A DNA stretch of 64,000 nucleotides from Prasinococcaceae sp. CCMP 1430 (lineage: Eukaryota > Plantae > Prasinodermophyta), in assembly GCA_013416795.1 (NCBI GenBank), contig RQSC01000015.1, positions 719,369-783,368 of the forward strand, written 5' to 3'. A model generated the notes under the pieces. It had not been told where the DNA came from. It ran no database searches and was given only the letters and a program-made list of their open reading frames with translations. The position numbers were made by a program, and so were the translations under genes. Of this stretch, positions 23,223-34,501 are shown piece after piece. Position 1 is the stretch's first letter. The number at the start of each line of letters is the position of its first letter.

Positions 23223-23402
23223 GCTTCCCCTCTCCTCTTCCTCCCTTCCTCCCCACCGACGCCTCGGGGCTGGCCCGCCGCCCTGCTCCGGCCCGGCGCT
23301 CTGCGCCCGCGCGCGCTGTGGCCCGCCCGGCGAGCGCGCGCTGCTGCCGCTTGGCGCGCGCCTCTGCACCAGGGCGCGTTCGAAGAAAGGGAGGGAAACC
23401 GA

Positions 23403-24226
23403 ATGGGATCATGGGGGGATATGGGATTGTTTGTTGTAGACCCTACAGTAAATGCGCGGGTGCGCTCGCTCGCTCGGTTAGGGTTTCGGGCTGCTGCTGC
23501 GGCGCGCGCGGATCGCGCGGGCGTGTGCCGCCCGCCGCAGGCGCGCGTCCGTCCGCAGGGGAGCGCTCCGCGGCGCGCGCGCGCGGCGGCGTGCGCAGGG
23601 GTGGCGCGCGAGGCCGGGGTGGGCGATGTGGTGACGCTCAACTACCGCGTGCGCGCGCAGGACGGCGAGGAGGTGGAGTACCAGGAGGGCCTCACGTTCG
23701 AGGTCGGCGCGCCGCTCGAGAATCCGCTCTTCAAGTCGTTCGATGCGGCGCTTCGCGGGTGCACGGCGGGCGACGTGGTCACCGTGGAGGCCAAAGGGGC
23801 CGAGTGGGACAGGGATCTCGTCTTCAAGGTACGCGCCGCCGCGGGCGCGTGCTCCCATTTGTTTCCCGTCCCTCTCGCGCGTGCATGTCACCATGCGCGC
23901 TCGCGAATCGGGAGAATGCGCCGCGGCGGAGCTTCCCGTGCGCGTGGCAGCTGACCGCCGTCGCTCCACGATTCGCCATGCGTGCCGCGCCGCGCGACCA
24001 GGTGCCCACCGAGCACCCCGAGATCACGCGCCTCAACGGCCGATACAAAAATCAAGGCGGACTCAAGGAGGGCGGCGTATTCGAGCTTGCAAACGGCGCC
24101 ATGGCACTTGTGATGTCAATGACTGACGAGGAGGTGACCTTCGACTGCAACAACATGCTGGCGGGCCAGACGCTGCAGTTCGAGCTCGAGCTGCTCGACG
24201 TGGCGGACGGGAGCACCCTCGGGTAA
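23403..24226 (+). CDS. SlyD-like FKBP peptidyl-prolyl isomerase with insert-in-flap domain (intron 23829-24001; start uncertain)
   Basis: GDVVTLNY…LTFEVG, VTFDCNNMLAGQTLQFELEL, and an Ala/Arg-rich transit-like N-terminus. Confidence 0.8.
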
Positions 24227-24537
24227 GGTGGCGGGCTCCTCCCCGGCCTCGGCGCGCGCTCATGCGCGCGTGCACGCGCTCATGCGCGCGCCGCTGCGGG
24301 TGAATGCCTCCTCCTAATATGCACCTCTGAGGCAACACTGGCCGCACGAGTGCCGCGCAAGCGCCTTGAGGCACGGTGGGGTCGGGCTTGTACAAACCAT
24401 GTGTCGGCAACAAATACACACGGGCGCAGCCGGGAAGGCCGCGCAGGCGCCGCGCGCACGCTCCGCGCAGCTGCTCAGCATCGTTTGCCCCGTCGCAGCT
24501 GCGACGCGCTCCTCGGGGCGACGGGCAAGGCCTAAGT

Positions 24538-25485
24538 CTAGGCCACCCGCGCGTCCACCGTGTAGTCGTACTCGATGGTGGGCACTACCGCAGCGATGAA
24601 CTTGAGGAAGATAATCAGGTAGGAGCGCACATCAGGCTCGCCGCCGCCTGCCGACAGGTTTTCCGAGAGGCGCTTCATGACCGCCGCGTGCTTGCACGGG
24701 TGAATGGACGCGCACGCCAGCCCGAGGTGCGGGTGCTGCTCCACCGTCACCGTCTTCTGCGCGTGGTCGCCGCTGATGTCCTCGAGGGCGCGCTCGGGCG
24801 GCAGCGGTGAGCCGTCCTCCTCGTAGCCCACGAGCCACACCCTGGGAACCTGGTAGAATTTGTCGTAGCAGATGGAGATGTCGTACGTGCGCGTCGAGAG
24901 GATGTGATCGTTCTTGCCGCCGGGTGCCGTGCCCCCGCTTCCACCGGCGCCTGGGGCCGGAGCGGCGGCGCACACGTCGTCCTCCTCGTCGTCGAGGTCG
25001 TCCATGTCCGGCACGTCGTCGTCGTCGTCGTCGTCGTCGTCTCCAGTCGCTGGACCTACGGAAAGCTTGGCCATCGCGTCCGCGGCGTCGCCGTCGTCAC
25101 CGTCCATGCTCGGGATGGCATCGTCCTCGTTGGCGCTCTGCCCGGTCGCGCCGTCGTACAGTGTAAATCCGTCTGTGCCCTCCGCAGCGGTCTCAGCGCC
25201 GGCGGCTGCGGCGGCCTCGTACTCGGCCAGGCGCTGCAGGCAGGGCACGCGCCTCGTGACCAGAAACTGCTTGTCTTTGGGCAGGAAGTCGCGCTTGGTG
25301 TCACCCGCCTCCCAGCTCCACGTGGGGCACTTGGCGACGAGCTCGTCGCCCGCGAGCACGAACTCGCCGGGCGTGAGCACGCCCCGCGCGGCGAACTCGC
25401 TCCGCGAGAGCGCGGGCACGATCTTCTCGTGCGCCGCCTTGGCGGTGTCGTGCACGAACTTCTTGGCGCTGTTTATGAGGTCCAT
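24538..25485 (-). CDS. ATG3: Autophagy E2-like enzyme ATG3
   Basis: GVLTP.EFV.AGD.LV.KCPTWSW, RTYD..I.YDK.YQ.PR, and catalytic IHPCKHA. Confidence 0.96.
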   Translation of the reverse strand: MDLINSAKKFVHDTAKAAHEKIVPALSRSEFAARGVLTPGEFVLAGDELVAKCPTWSWEAGDTKRDFLPKDKQFLVTRRVPCLQRLAEYEAAAAAGAETAAEGTDGFTLYDGATGQSANEDDAIPSMDGDDGDAADAMAKLSVGPATGDDDDDDDDDVPDMDDLDDEEDDVCAAAPAPGAGGSGGTAPGGKNDHILSTRTYDISICYDKFYQVPRVWLVGYEEDGSPLPPERALEDISGDHAQKTVTVEQHPHLGLACASIHPCKHAAVMKRLSENLSAGGGEPDVRSYLIIFLKFIAAVVPTIEYDYTVDARVA

Positions 25486-25846
25486 GCCGGGGCGCGGGGG
25501 GGCGCCTCCGCCGCCGCACGCGCGCGCGCGCCCCGCACGCGGGGTCTGGCGCCCCCCCCCCGCGTCCCAGTCAGCAGCGCCAGGCCAGCGAGAAAAGCGC
25601 GCGCCGCGCCTCACGTGCGAATCGATGTTGACTGGTTGGTGGTTGACCTTTTGAGCATGGAGCCAACCTCAACCCTTGTCACGAGTTTAGGTTCATTACC
25701 GTCTGAAGGGTTCACAGATGACCGGGCGCGCGCTCGCACAGCCGCCGCCGGCGCCGCCGCTCGATGCCGCCGCTCGCGGCCGTGCCGTCGCCGTCAGAGT
25801 CCGGCCAGCTGTCCTTGGTCAGCGGGTTTCGCGTGGGGCGGCACCC

Positions 25847-27457
25847 ATGGGGGCGAGCGCGCGCCTGACCGAGTGGCTGACGTCAGCGGCCGTCGGTGGG
25901 GTGGTGCACCCGGCGGTCGACCTGTGCGCCGAAGGGGAGGGCCTGGCGGGCGGCCGCGGCGTCCGCGCGACCGCGGACATCGAGGAAGGGGCGCTGCTCG
26001 TAGCGGTGCCGGCGCGCAGCTGCGTGCGCGCCGACGCGTGCGAGACGCTCGCGTCGGAGCGCATTGTGTCCTTCCTCGGCACGCAGAGCCTCTCGGGATT
26101 TGTCGCGCTCGCGCTCGCGCTCATGCACGAGGCGGCGCTCGGGGATAAGAGCGCCGCATTCGAGTACCTGCTGTCCATGCCGGCGCACGTCGACTCGCCC
26201 ATCGTATGGAACGACGCTGAGCGCGCGCTACTCTCGGCCACATCGGTGTGCCACGACCTCGCTGGCGGCAAGGGCGCCGAGCGCGCCCTCTTCGAGCGCA
26301 ACGTGCTGCCAGTGGTGCGAGCCGCGGGCGAGGAGCTCTTTCCAGAAACCAAATGCGGCGTGGACGCGTTCCTGCGTGCTGCAGCGCTGGTCGCGAGCCG
26401 CGCCTTCAACGCGCAGGACCACCGGCAAGGCACCAGTGCAGACGATGCGAGCGCCCCATCTTCAGCGCCATACCTCATCCCGGGCATTGACATGCTCAAT
26501 CACTCTGTGCACGCCTCGCAGCGCTGCACGCGGCTTGCCTACAGCGCGGATGGCGTGGCAACCATCCGAGAGCCCGCCTTCCTGCTGTGCGCGGACCGCC
26601 GCGTGCGCAAGGGCGAAGAGCTCTTCAACACGTACGGCGACGCTCTCAGCGACGCACAGCTGCTGGCAACTTATGGATTCGTTCCGGAGGACGACCCGCA
26701 GCTCGGGCCTAACCCTGCGCGCGCAGCAGCTGTCGCGCGGGCGGACTTCGTGAATGCGGTGATCGCGTACACGTCGATCGAGGAGGCCGAGCCGGCCACA
26801 AAGCGTGCAAGGATCGACGGCCCTCTTAGTGACGGGAGCGGGGGCGGCGGCAGCAGCAGCGGTGCCGGTGCGAACGATGGCGTCAGGGCAACATGTGAAG
26901 GGCGCGTAAAACGCCTGGAGGAGGCGGGTCGCGCGCCTCCCGTGTTCGTCTTCTATCCTCCAGATGTGGGCGCTGGCGGCGGCAGCGGTGGCGGCGATGG
27001 CGCAGATGGCAAGCCTGGCGGTCGTCGCGGCGGGACCGCGCAGCCTGCGGCTGGCGCCGCGACCGTGGGGGGCTTTGCATCCGATGAGCTTGTCACGTTC
27101 ATCCAAGCGCTCCTGCTGCCAGAGGAGGCGTGGGAGGAATACGCGGAGGAGCCCAACGCATTCGCCCAGTTGAGCGCCGCGGCCTTCCTGGACGGCTCGG
27201 TAGCGGAGGTGACCATGCGTGCCGTCGCGGGGCGGGTCGGCGCCATGAAGGAGCTCGCGAGCATGGACAGTCCCCCATCGGGTGTGGGGGAATCAGTGTT
27301 CGAGTCAGCGAGAAGGCTGTGCGCATCGGAGATGGCGCTGCTCAAGGATGTGTGCAAGGCCATCTTCAAGTGGAAGCTACTCAATGATGACGACGACGAC
27401 GGTAGCGACGACTACGATAGCGCGGATGATTACGGCGACGAGTCGGACGGCGCGTGA
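25847..27457 (+). CDS. SET-domain lysine methyltransferase, SETD6/LSMT class
   Basis: GRGVRAT, SRAF, DMLNHS, ELFNTYG, LLATYGF. Confidence 0.88.
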   Translation: MGASARLTEWLTSAAVGGVVHPAVDLCAEGEGLAGGRGVRATADIEEGALLVAVPARSCVRADACETLASERIVSFLGTQSLSGFVALALALMHEAALGDKSAAFEYLLSMPAHVDSPIVWNDAERALLSATSVCHDLAGGKGAERALFERNVLPVVRAAGEELFPETKCGVDAFLRAAALVASRAFNAQDHRQGTSADDASAPSSAPYLIPGIDMLNHSVHASQRCTRLAYSADGVATIREPAFLLCADRRVRKGEELFNTYGDALSDAQLLATYGFVPEDDPQLGPNPARAAAVARADFVNAVIAYTSIEEAEPATKRARIDGPLSDGSGGGGSSSGAGANDGVRATCEGRVKRLEEAGRAPPVFVFYPPDVGAGGGSGGGDGADGKPGGRRGGTAQPAAGAATVGGFASDELVTFIQALLLPEEAWEEYAEEPNAFAQLSAAAFLDGSVAEVTMRAVAGRVGAMKELASMDSPPSGVGESVFESARRLCASEMALLKDVCKAIFKWKLLNDDDDDGSDDYDSADDYGDESDGA

Positions 27458-27580
27458 AGGGCAATCGCGCGTTGGACGGAGTGCAGGCCGATTCGTCTAC
27501 ACTACTTGTACATATCTTAATAGGACTGTGGCTGTGCGGGCGTGACGGTGTGGAGGCACGCGCGCGGCGCTGCTGGATGC

Positions 27581-28441
27581 TCAACTCCGGTTGTTGCGTG
27601 CCTGCCACTCGGCCTTCTCGCGCTCAAGCCGGCTCATCTTCTTCTTGAAGCCAACTCCCAGGCCACCCTCGAAGCCAGCAGCGGTAGCGTCCGGCTGCTG
27701 CCTGCTCGTTTGTCTGCTGTCAGCCTGCTGCTCGGCGTCTCTCTCCTCGCGCTTGGCCGCGAGCTGCTCGAGCTCAAGCTTGGAGAGCTTCTTGGTGAGC
27801 AGCGCGTCGAGCGGCGCGCCGTCGAAGCCCGCGCTCAGGCGCTTGGGCGCCGCCGCGCCCACGCGCGCGAGTTCCGCCTCGCGCTTGGCCGCGAGCTGCT
27901 CGAGCTCAAGCTTGGAGAGCTTCTTGGTGAGCAGCGCGTCGAGCGGCGCGCCCCCGAAGGACTGGAGCGACTCGTCGACCGTGCAGGCGCGCGGCAGCTC
28001 GGGCGGCGTGTACGGCTCGCGCACCTCAGAGTGCGCGCGGCGCGCCTCTGCGACAGCCTGGACGGCCACCGCGGCGAACTCTGGCGGCACGACGCCCCCC
28101 GTCGCTTCGGCGATAGCGGTCACAAATAGCGCCTCAATCTGGGCCTCCTCCGCAAGGGCGGCCGCGGCGTGGCGGCGCTCCTTGAGCTCCTCCTGCTCGC
28201 GTTCGAGGCGGCTCTTCTTGCGGCCCTCCTTCATGACCGAGCCGAGGGCGCGGTCTGCGACACCCGCGAGCTCGTTGGCGGCGATGGTGGCGAGCTTGCG
28301 CGCCATGAAGGTGTCGCCGTCGAACGGCTTGCGCGCGACGTACCCGCAAGGCGTGGGCGCGTACGCTTGCGGCGTCGCGTTCTCGTCGCCGCCCGGCCGC
28401 GGCGCGCGCGCGGGCGTCGCGAAGCCTTCCTCGGACGCCAT
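27581..28441 (-). CDS. Hypothetical protein with four KKxS(R/K)LExE motifs
   Basis: ATG-started ORF with coding-like codon use and an internal duplication. Confidence 0.7.
   Translation of the reverse strand: MASEEGFATPARAPRPGGDENATPQAYAPTPCGYVARKPFDGDTFMARKLATIAANELAGVADRALGSVMKEGRKKSRLEREQEELKERRHAAAALAEEAQIEALFVTAIAEATGGVVPPEFAAVAVQAVAEARRAHSEVREPYTPPELPRACTVDESLQSFGGAPLDALLTKKLSKLELEQLAAKREAELARVGAAAPKRLSAGFDGAPLDALLTKKLSKLELEQLAAKREERDAEQQADSRQTSRQQPDATAAGFEGGLGVGFKKKMSRLEREKAEWQARNNRS
27745..27952. repeat. 76-bp direct repeat (27745-27820 and 27877-27952)
   Basis: Identical by eye; encodes GAPLDALLTKKLSKLELEQLAAKRE. Confidence 0.9.
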
Positions 28442-28517
28442 TGCGTGCGTCCCGGTCTGGACCGGGCCTCACGTGTGCGGTGCGGCGCGACGCGCGAGCG
28501 GGCGCGCTGTGGCCCGC

Positions 28518-28548
<31 letters not shown>

Positions 28549-29142
28549 NNNNNNNNNNNNNNNNNNNNNNNNNNNNNNNNNNNNNNNNNNNNNNNNNNNN
28601 NNNNNNNNNNNNNNNNNNNNNNNNNNNNNNNNNNNNNNNNNNNNNNNNNNNNNNNNNNNNNNNNNNNNNNNNNNNNNNNNNNNNNNNNNNNNNNNNNNNN
28701 NNNNNNNNNNNNNNNNNNNNNNNNNNNNNNNNNNNNNNNNNNNNNNNNNNNNNNNNNNNNNNNNNNNNNNNNNNNNNGGGGGCTGGATGAGAGAGAAGGT
28801 GTGTGTGTGTGGGAGGGAGAGAGAGGAGGAGGAGGCAGGCGCGCCGTCTCCTCCCCGACGGCCTCCCCTCCCTCCGGCCCCGCCCGCCCCGCGCCCCCCC
28901 AACGTTCCCCCTCGCGGGCGGAGCTGTCCCCGCGCGCACGTGTCGCGCGCGGCCGCTCTCGTTTTTTTTTTTTTCCTTTTGCTTTTGGGGTGGGGTGAGG
29001 TGGGTGCAGGAAGGAGCGTTTCAAGAAACGTTTCAGGTCGGGAGGGGAGGCGCCGCGCGGTATCGCGGCGGCGACAGCTGCTACACGCAGCGCGCGGCGA
29101 GGTGCGCGCTCTGCCCCCCTCCCCCCCCCCCTCCTCTGGCAG

Positions 29143-30605
29143 CCGGCGCACGCACGGTGCCGCACACGAAGCAGCAGCTCCCGGGCCACCAGCGCCCGGG
29201 CAATGGCGCGGGCCAGCACGTGCGCGTCGCCCAAAACGCAGCCCAGCACGCGCTTGCGCTCGCGGCCGCGGGCCAGCCCGCGACCGCGCCGGTGCATCCG
29301 CACCCGACGCACGACCCGGTGCTCGTCGACGCGCTCGGCCCACAGGCGCCAGCCGAAGTGGAGCCGCTGCTCTGGCTGGACGACTCGCTTGACACGCTGG
29401 TGCGTCGGCTCGCACCGAAAGATCCCATCGCCGCGGCGGCGGGCGGCATGCACGCGCCCCCTCATGGCACACCCACTTCGAGGGCGCACAGTGCGCAGGC
29501 CGCCGCGCCCTGTGCGCCGGTGGCCAACGGCGACGGCGCAATCGCAACAGCAGTGGATGCGGCAGCAGCGGCGGCGATGGCGGTGGTGTACAACGCCGCG
29601 GTCGGAGCGACAACTGCAACAACCACATCGGGATGGCCGGCAGCGGGCGTCGCACCGAGCACGGGCATCGCCGCAGACGGGATCCAGCAGACGGACCAAG
29701 TGCCATTTCGCCGCATGAGCGGCCCAGAGATCACCGTGGCGCGCTCCGCGAGCGCCGCCGTCAGGAGCGCCACCCCTCCGGTGCCTTTCGCGCTGACGCC
29801 GCAGGAGATCTCACAGCTGTCATCACAGCCCCCGCTCGGGATGCGAGGGAATGGCGGTCCGCGGCGCTCCAGCGAGAATGCCGCTGTCGGTAGCGCCGGG
29901 ACGAGGCCCCGCAAGTCAAGGCCGCGGCTGCGGCCTGACCTGCCCGGCCACGCGCGATCCGAGAAGGCGCGGCGCGATCGCATCAATGACCTTATCGGCT
30001 CGCTGCGAGAGCTCACGAAAGTTGGAAAGGCTGCAGACAAGGGCACTGTGCTCAGCGAGACGCAGAAGTATGTCTTGGAACTCAAGGAGCGCGTGAGCGA
30101 GCTCGAGACGCGGCTGGCCGACGTGGGGGCGAACAAGCTGCCGGGCTCGCCGGAAACTCTGACGGACTCGGAAGTGTGCGGTGCGGATGTCGGCGCCGCG
30201 CGCGTCATGGAGACCCTCAGAGCGCGCTCGGACGGGGCCGCTTCCTCAGGCCAGCCCGAGGTGATCGTTCAGGAAACGGGCCCAGGCGCCGCCGTCCTGC
30301 ACGTCGCGTGCGACGATCGGTCCGGGCTGCTGTCGGACCTCGTGACGACGCTCGCGGCGAGCTCAGCGGAAATCAGCGACGCGCGCATCACGACCGACCC
30401 CAAGACCGGGAGCATTCGCGACACGTTCGCCATCAGCTTCGCGGAGGGTGTGGACTTGGAGCAGATCCGCGGCCGCCTGGCGGCCACCGTCAACTGTGCT
30501 TTCGGGCGGCCTCGTTCAAAGTCCGAACCTCCTCTGAGCATGCCCGAGGCGCGTCCAGAGAAGCGGGCACGGCTCTCCCCGCCGCTGCCGCGGAGTGACG
30601 AATAG
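29143..30605 (+). CDS. bHLH transcription factor with C-terminal ACT domain (5' end uncertain)
   Basis: HARSEKARRDRIND…L..L…DKGTVL…YV.EL. ACT LHVACDDRSGLLSDLV…DTF. Confidence 0.85.
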
Positions 30606-30731
30606 ACCCCAATCTGTAATTCATTCGCATGCGTGGGCGCTCTCTTACAAGCACTCGCTCACGAGGCGTTCGGGGCCGCGCCGCGCCAATGGCGATGCCC
30701 ATGGCGCCGCGTGTGTCAACCAGCTGGTGAG

Positions 30732-32960
30732 CTAGCGCTTCTGCGTCTTGCTCTTGCCACCGTCGGGCACGCTGAGCAGGCGCAACGGGTGGCCAGGCAT
30801 GCAGGCCTTGTCGACCATGTAGTAGCCCTTGCGCTCGATCTGCAGGTGCTCGCCCTTCTGCAGCTGGCGCATGTTCTGATCGCCGTGCGCGAGCGTGACC
30901 TTCATGGTGTCCTTGTTGAGCACGTCCTTGAAGTCGTCGTCGGGGTCGAGCTTTGGCTTGGTGATGAGGTAGTCGAAGTCCACCAGCTCGACATCCACGA
31001 CTTCACTATCGGTTGAGAGCCAGTGGAGCTTGAGCTTGGTGCTCTTGACCGAGCCCTCCAGGTGCAGCTCGCAGGCGATGTGTGTGATGGTGCCATCGGC
31101 ATCTTTGTCGATCTTGCGAACATAGGCATTGCCCCAGTCCATGAAGGTCACCTCCTGGCCCTCAGTCATGGCTAGCGCGTCCTCCATGTCGATGATGAGG
31201 TTGGGGCTCATCAGGGTGGCCTTGAAGCCAGCACCCTCGAACTTCTTGTGCTTGGGCACGGTCTTGACCTCGGCCTGCGGCGCGCCGGCCATGGTGACCT
31301 TCACCTTGGTGTCAACCAGCACGCACGCGTGGCGCGGGCACACGGGGTCGATCATGCGCTTGTTGATGGTCCAGAGCTTGTCCCACTCCATCAGGTTGGA
31401 GTTCTTGCTCGCACCCTGCAACAGGATGAACTCCTGCAGCGCCTCGACCTTGAGGCCTCGCCGGACCATGCCCTGCACGGTGGGGAAGCGCGGGTCGAAC
31501 CAGCCCTCCACCTTCTTGTTGTCGACGAACCACTGCAGCTTACGCTTTGACATGAGCGTGTACATCATGTTGAGGCGCGAGAAGTCCCAGATCTCCACGT
31601 GACTCACGCCGTGCGCCTTGAGCATCCAGTTGTAAAGCGCGTTGCGATCGTGGTACTCCGACGAGCGAAGCGCGTGCGTGACGCCCTCGATAGCGTCCAC
31701 GAAGGGGCACGCACAGTCGTACGTGGGGTACACCTTGTACTTCGTGCCCGTGCGGTGGTGCGGCGTGAGGTTGCAGCGCGCCATCACGGGGTCGCGCAGA
31801 CACTTGTTCTTCTCCTGCATATCGATGCGCGCACGCACGCAGCACTGCTGCCCGCGCTCCGTGCCCGCGAGCATCTCCTTCCAAAGCTCAAGGCACTCCG
31901 CGGGCTTGGCCTCCTTGCGCCACTTCGACTCGATACCGTCCATGCGCTCCTTGCTCATCTGCTCAGCGGGGGTGTCGTCTATGTAGAACAAGCCGCTCTT
32001 GAGGTGCTCCTCGATCTTCTTCATGATTTTCGGGAAGTGGTCCGACGTGTAGGTGATCTCGTCCGGGATGATGCCGAGCGTCTTCAGATCGTTGGTGATG
32101 TTCACCACGAACTCATCCTTCTCCTTGGACGGATTGGTGTCGTCGAAGCGACAGATGAGCTTGCCACCGTACTTGCGCGCGAAGTGCGCGTTGAGCAGCG
32201 CGGCCTTGACGTGCCCGATGTGCAGATAGCCGGAGGGCTCGGGTGGGAAACGCGTGCACACCTTGCCGTGCACGGCGTTGGGCAGCTCGATGTCGGCGGG
32301 GCCCTCCCCGCCCTTGCCTTGGATTTGCTTGCCGCCCTTTCCGCCCTTGCCGGCGGCCTCCTTGCGGTCCCCCTTGACGAAGACCGGGCGGCCGTGAGCG
32401 GCGCGCGTCGCAGCCATCGGGGGGCAGAGCGACACGTACGCCGCCCAGCGCGCGAGGTGGGCGAGTGCCGGCTGGCGCGCGACCGCGCCCCAGCGCGGTG
32501 CCGCAGTGAACGCCGCCCACAGCGCGATGTCGGCAATCGACAGCGCGTGGCCGACAGCGAACGTGCGCAGCGCCAGCGCCTCAGAGGCAGCCTTGGCTGC
32601 GTCCATGTACGTCGCGCCGCTAACCGATGCCGCGAATTCCAGCCACTGGTCGATCTCAGCCGCCTGCGCGGCCGAGCCGTCGCCGTACAGCGCGATCGCC
32701 GCGCCCTCCACCGGCGCGTCGCTGGGGTTGGCCACGGCGGCGCCCCACTCGCGCGCAATGTAGCGCATGATGGTGGCCTCGCCAAATATCTTGGAGCCAT
32801 CCGCGGCGAGAACCAGGCAGATCTCGTCCGAGTCCTCAACGGGCTTGGGCGTGAGGACGACGCCCGCCGCTGCCGCGGTCGCGAGCACCGCGAGCGGCTT
32901 GTCGCCCGACGCGGCCTTCGGGTAGCGAACCGCGCCGGCGGGCGCGGCCGGATCCGCCAT
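30732..32960 (-). CDS. Cytosolic glutamyl-tRNA synthetase with GST-like N-domain
   Basis: RFPPEPSGYLHIGH, RFDDTNP, LMSKRKL, Q.ERKGYY. Confidence 0.95.
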   Translation of the reverse strand: MADPAAPAGAVRYPKAASGDKPLAVLATAAAAGVVLTPKPVEDSDEICLVLAADGSKIFGEATIMRYIAREWGAAVANPSDAPVEGAAIALYGDGSAAQAAEIDQWLEFAASVSGATYMDAAKAASEALALRTFAVGHALSIADIALWAAFTAAPRWGAVARQPALAHLARWAAYVSLCPPMAATRAAHGRPVFVKGDRKEAAGKGGKGGKQIQGKGGEGPADIELPNAVHGKVCTRFPPEPSGYLHIGHVKAALLNAHFARKYGGKLICRFDDTNPSKEKDEFVVNITNDLKTLGIIPDEITYTSDHFPKIMKKIEEHLKSGLFYIDDTPAEQMSKERMDGIESKWRKEAKPAECLELWKEMLAGTERGQQCCVRARIDMQEKNKCLRDPVMARCNLTPHHRTGTKYKVYPTYDCACPFVDAIEGVTHALRSSEYHDRNALYNWMLKAHGVSHVEIWDFSRLNMMYTLMSKRKLQWFVDNKKVEGWFDPRFPTVQGMVRRGLKVEALQEFILLQGASKNSNLMEWDKLWTINKRMIDPVCPRHACVLVDTKVKVTMAGAPQAEVKTVPKHKKFEGAGFKATLMSPNLIIDMEDALAMTEGQEVTFMDWGNAYVRKIDKDADGTITHIACELHLEGSVKSTKLKLHWLSTDSEVVDVELVDFDYLITKPKLDPDDDFKDVLNKDTMKVTLAHGDQNMRQLQKGEHLQIERKGYYMVDKACMPGHPLRLLSVPDGGKSKTQKR

Positions 32961-33365
32961 CTGCGCGGACGCACGGGGCTCGCCCGTCCGCAGGGGACAG
33001 AGGGCGATAGGGAGGGCGCGCGGCGCAGTTGCGCGTGCGCCGCCGGCGCGCGCTGTGGCCCGCCGGCGCGCTGCGGCTGTGCCTGGGACCCACAGCCGCC
33101 GCCACGCCCGATTGAAGACATTCGCAAACCCTTTTCGATGGGCGTCAAGCCTCTTATCGCATCGTGATGATACGTACAGTAAAGGCGAGAATCGTGAAAC
33201 CGGAATTCCTCGCGCTCGCGCCCGCTCGGGTGGCGCCCGCGAGATGGATAACGGCTCAGGTCGGAGCATGTGAGAAACCCTCGAAGCCCGGCTCGGTGCC
33301 GGGGCGCGCATGGTGTGCGCCACCCCGCGCACGAGCCGCGCGCCTGGCCCCTCGATCGCGTGGAC

Positions 33366-34122
33366 ATGTCCGCCGCCCTCCGCGCCTCCGCGCGCGCCGC
33401 GTCGCGCGCTGCGTCGCGTGCCGCGCCGCTCGCCGCGCGCCAGCCGCGCCGCGCCTACTGCTCGGCCAAGGAGGTCATCTCGACCGACAAGGTGCGGAGC
33501 GCCCACGAGCGGGCGGCGCGCCGGGCACGATGCTCTCGCTGTAGCAGCTGCCCGCTCCCGTGTGGGCAGACACGCGATCTGACAGCCCATCATCGGCGAC
33601 CCGCGCGCAATTGCAGTCGCCGGCCGCGCTTGGGCCGTACTCGCAGGCGATCCGCACTGGTGACACGCTCTACTGCAGCGGCATGCTCGGCCTCGTGCCC
33701 GAGACGATGAAGTTCGCAGGCGACTCGGTCGAGGAGCAGACCGAGCAGGCGATGAAGAACATCGGTGAAGTGCTCAAAGCGGGCGGCTGCACGTACGCCG
33801 ACGTTGTCAAGACTACAATCCTTCTGGCTGAGATGGATGACTTTGGGAAAATCAACCCCATCTATGGCGCGGTCTTCCCTGAGGACGCGCCGCCCGCACG
33901 CTCGTGCTTCACGGTCAAGGACCTGCCACTGGGCGCGAAGATCGAGATCGAGGTGATCGGTGAGCGCGCGCACGCGCTCGCGCTCGCGCCAGCGCGCCCA
34001 AAGTCGCGCCCCCGCGAGGATCCCGCCAAGCAGTGCGCCATGGGAGTGCCACTGACGACGCGCCCTCCGTGCCCCGCCGCCCGCCCACCTGCCGCATGCG
34101 CAAAGCCACCGTGCCCAAGTGA
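33366..34122 (+). CDS. RidA: RidA enamine/imine deaminase with transit peptide (exons 33366-33491, 33617-33959, 34106-34122)
   Basis: PAALGPYSQA, VKTT, PARS, LPLGAKIEIEVIA. Confidence 0.92.
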
Positions 34123-34501
34123 GGAGCGCGCATCGTTTGCGCGCTCTCTCAGCACGCGCCAGCGCGCCAATGGCGTGGGTAACGACGCATGGTACACGTG
34201 CAGCTCGGCCCGCGGCAGCGGCAGGGTGCACGCGCCCCGCGCAGCGCGCCCAGCGCGGTAACACGATGTCGGTGCGCGCCCGGACGTCTCACACTCTCTT
34301 GCAATCATATCGTATAGGTACTTCTACATGCCTCTCGAGCGACGCTCGGCGCGCATGTGCGCGCGTGTGCGTGCCACGTGCGAAAGACCCCCCTCCGCGG
34401 CCGCGCAGAGGCAGCGTGCGGCTGGTCTTCCAGTGCTGGTGCGGCTCTTTTGGGGCAGTGCTGCGCGTCGTCGCCATTTGGCAGTTCGCCTCTGGCGAAG
34501 C

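Noticed and set aside
29940-30500. bHLH-ACT fusion as a novelty
   Set aside because: ACT-like domains on green-plant bHLHs are already known.
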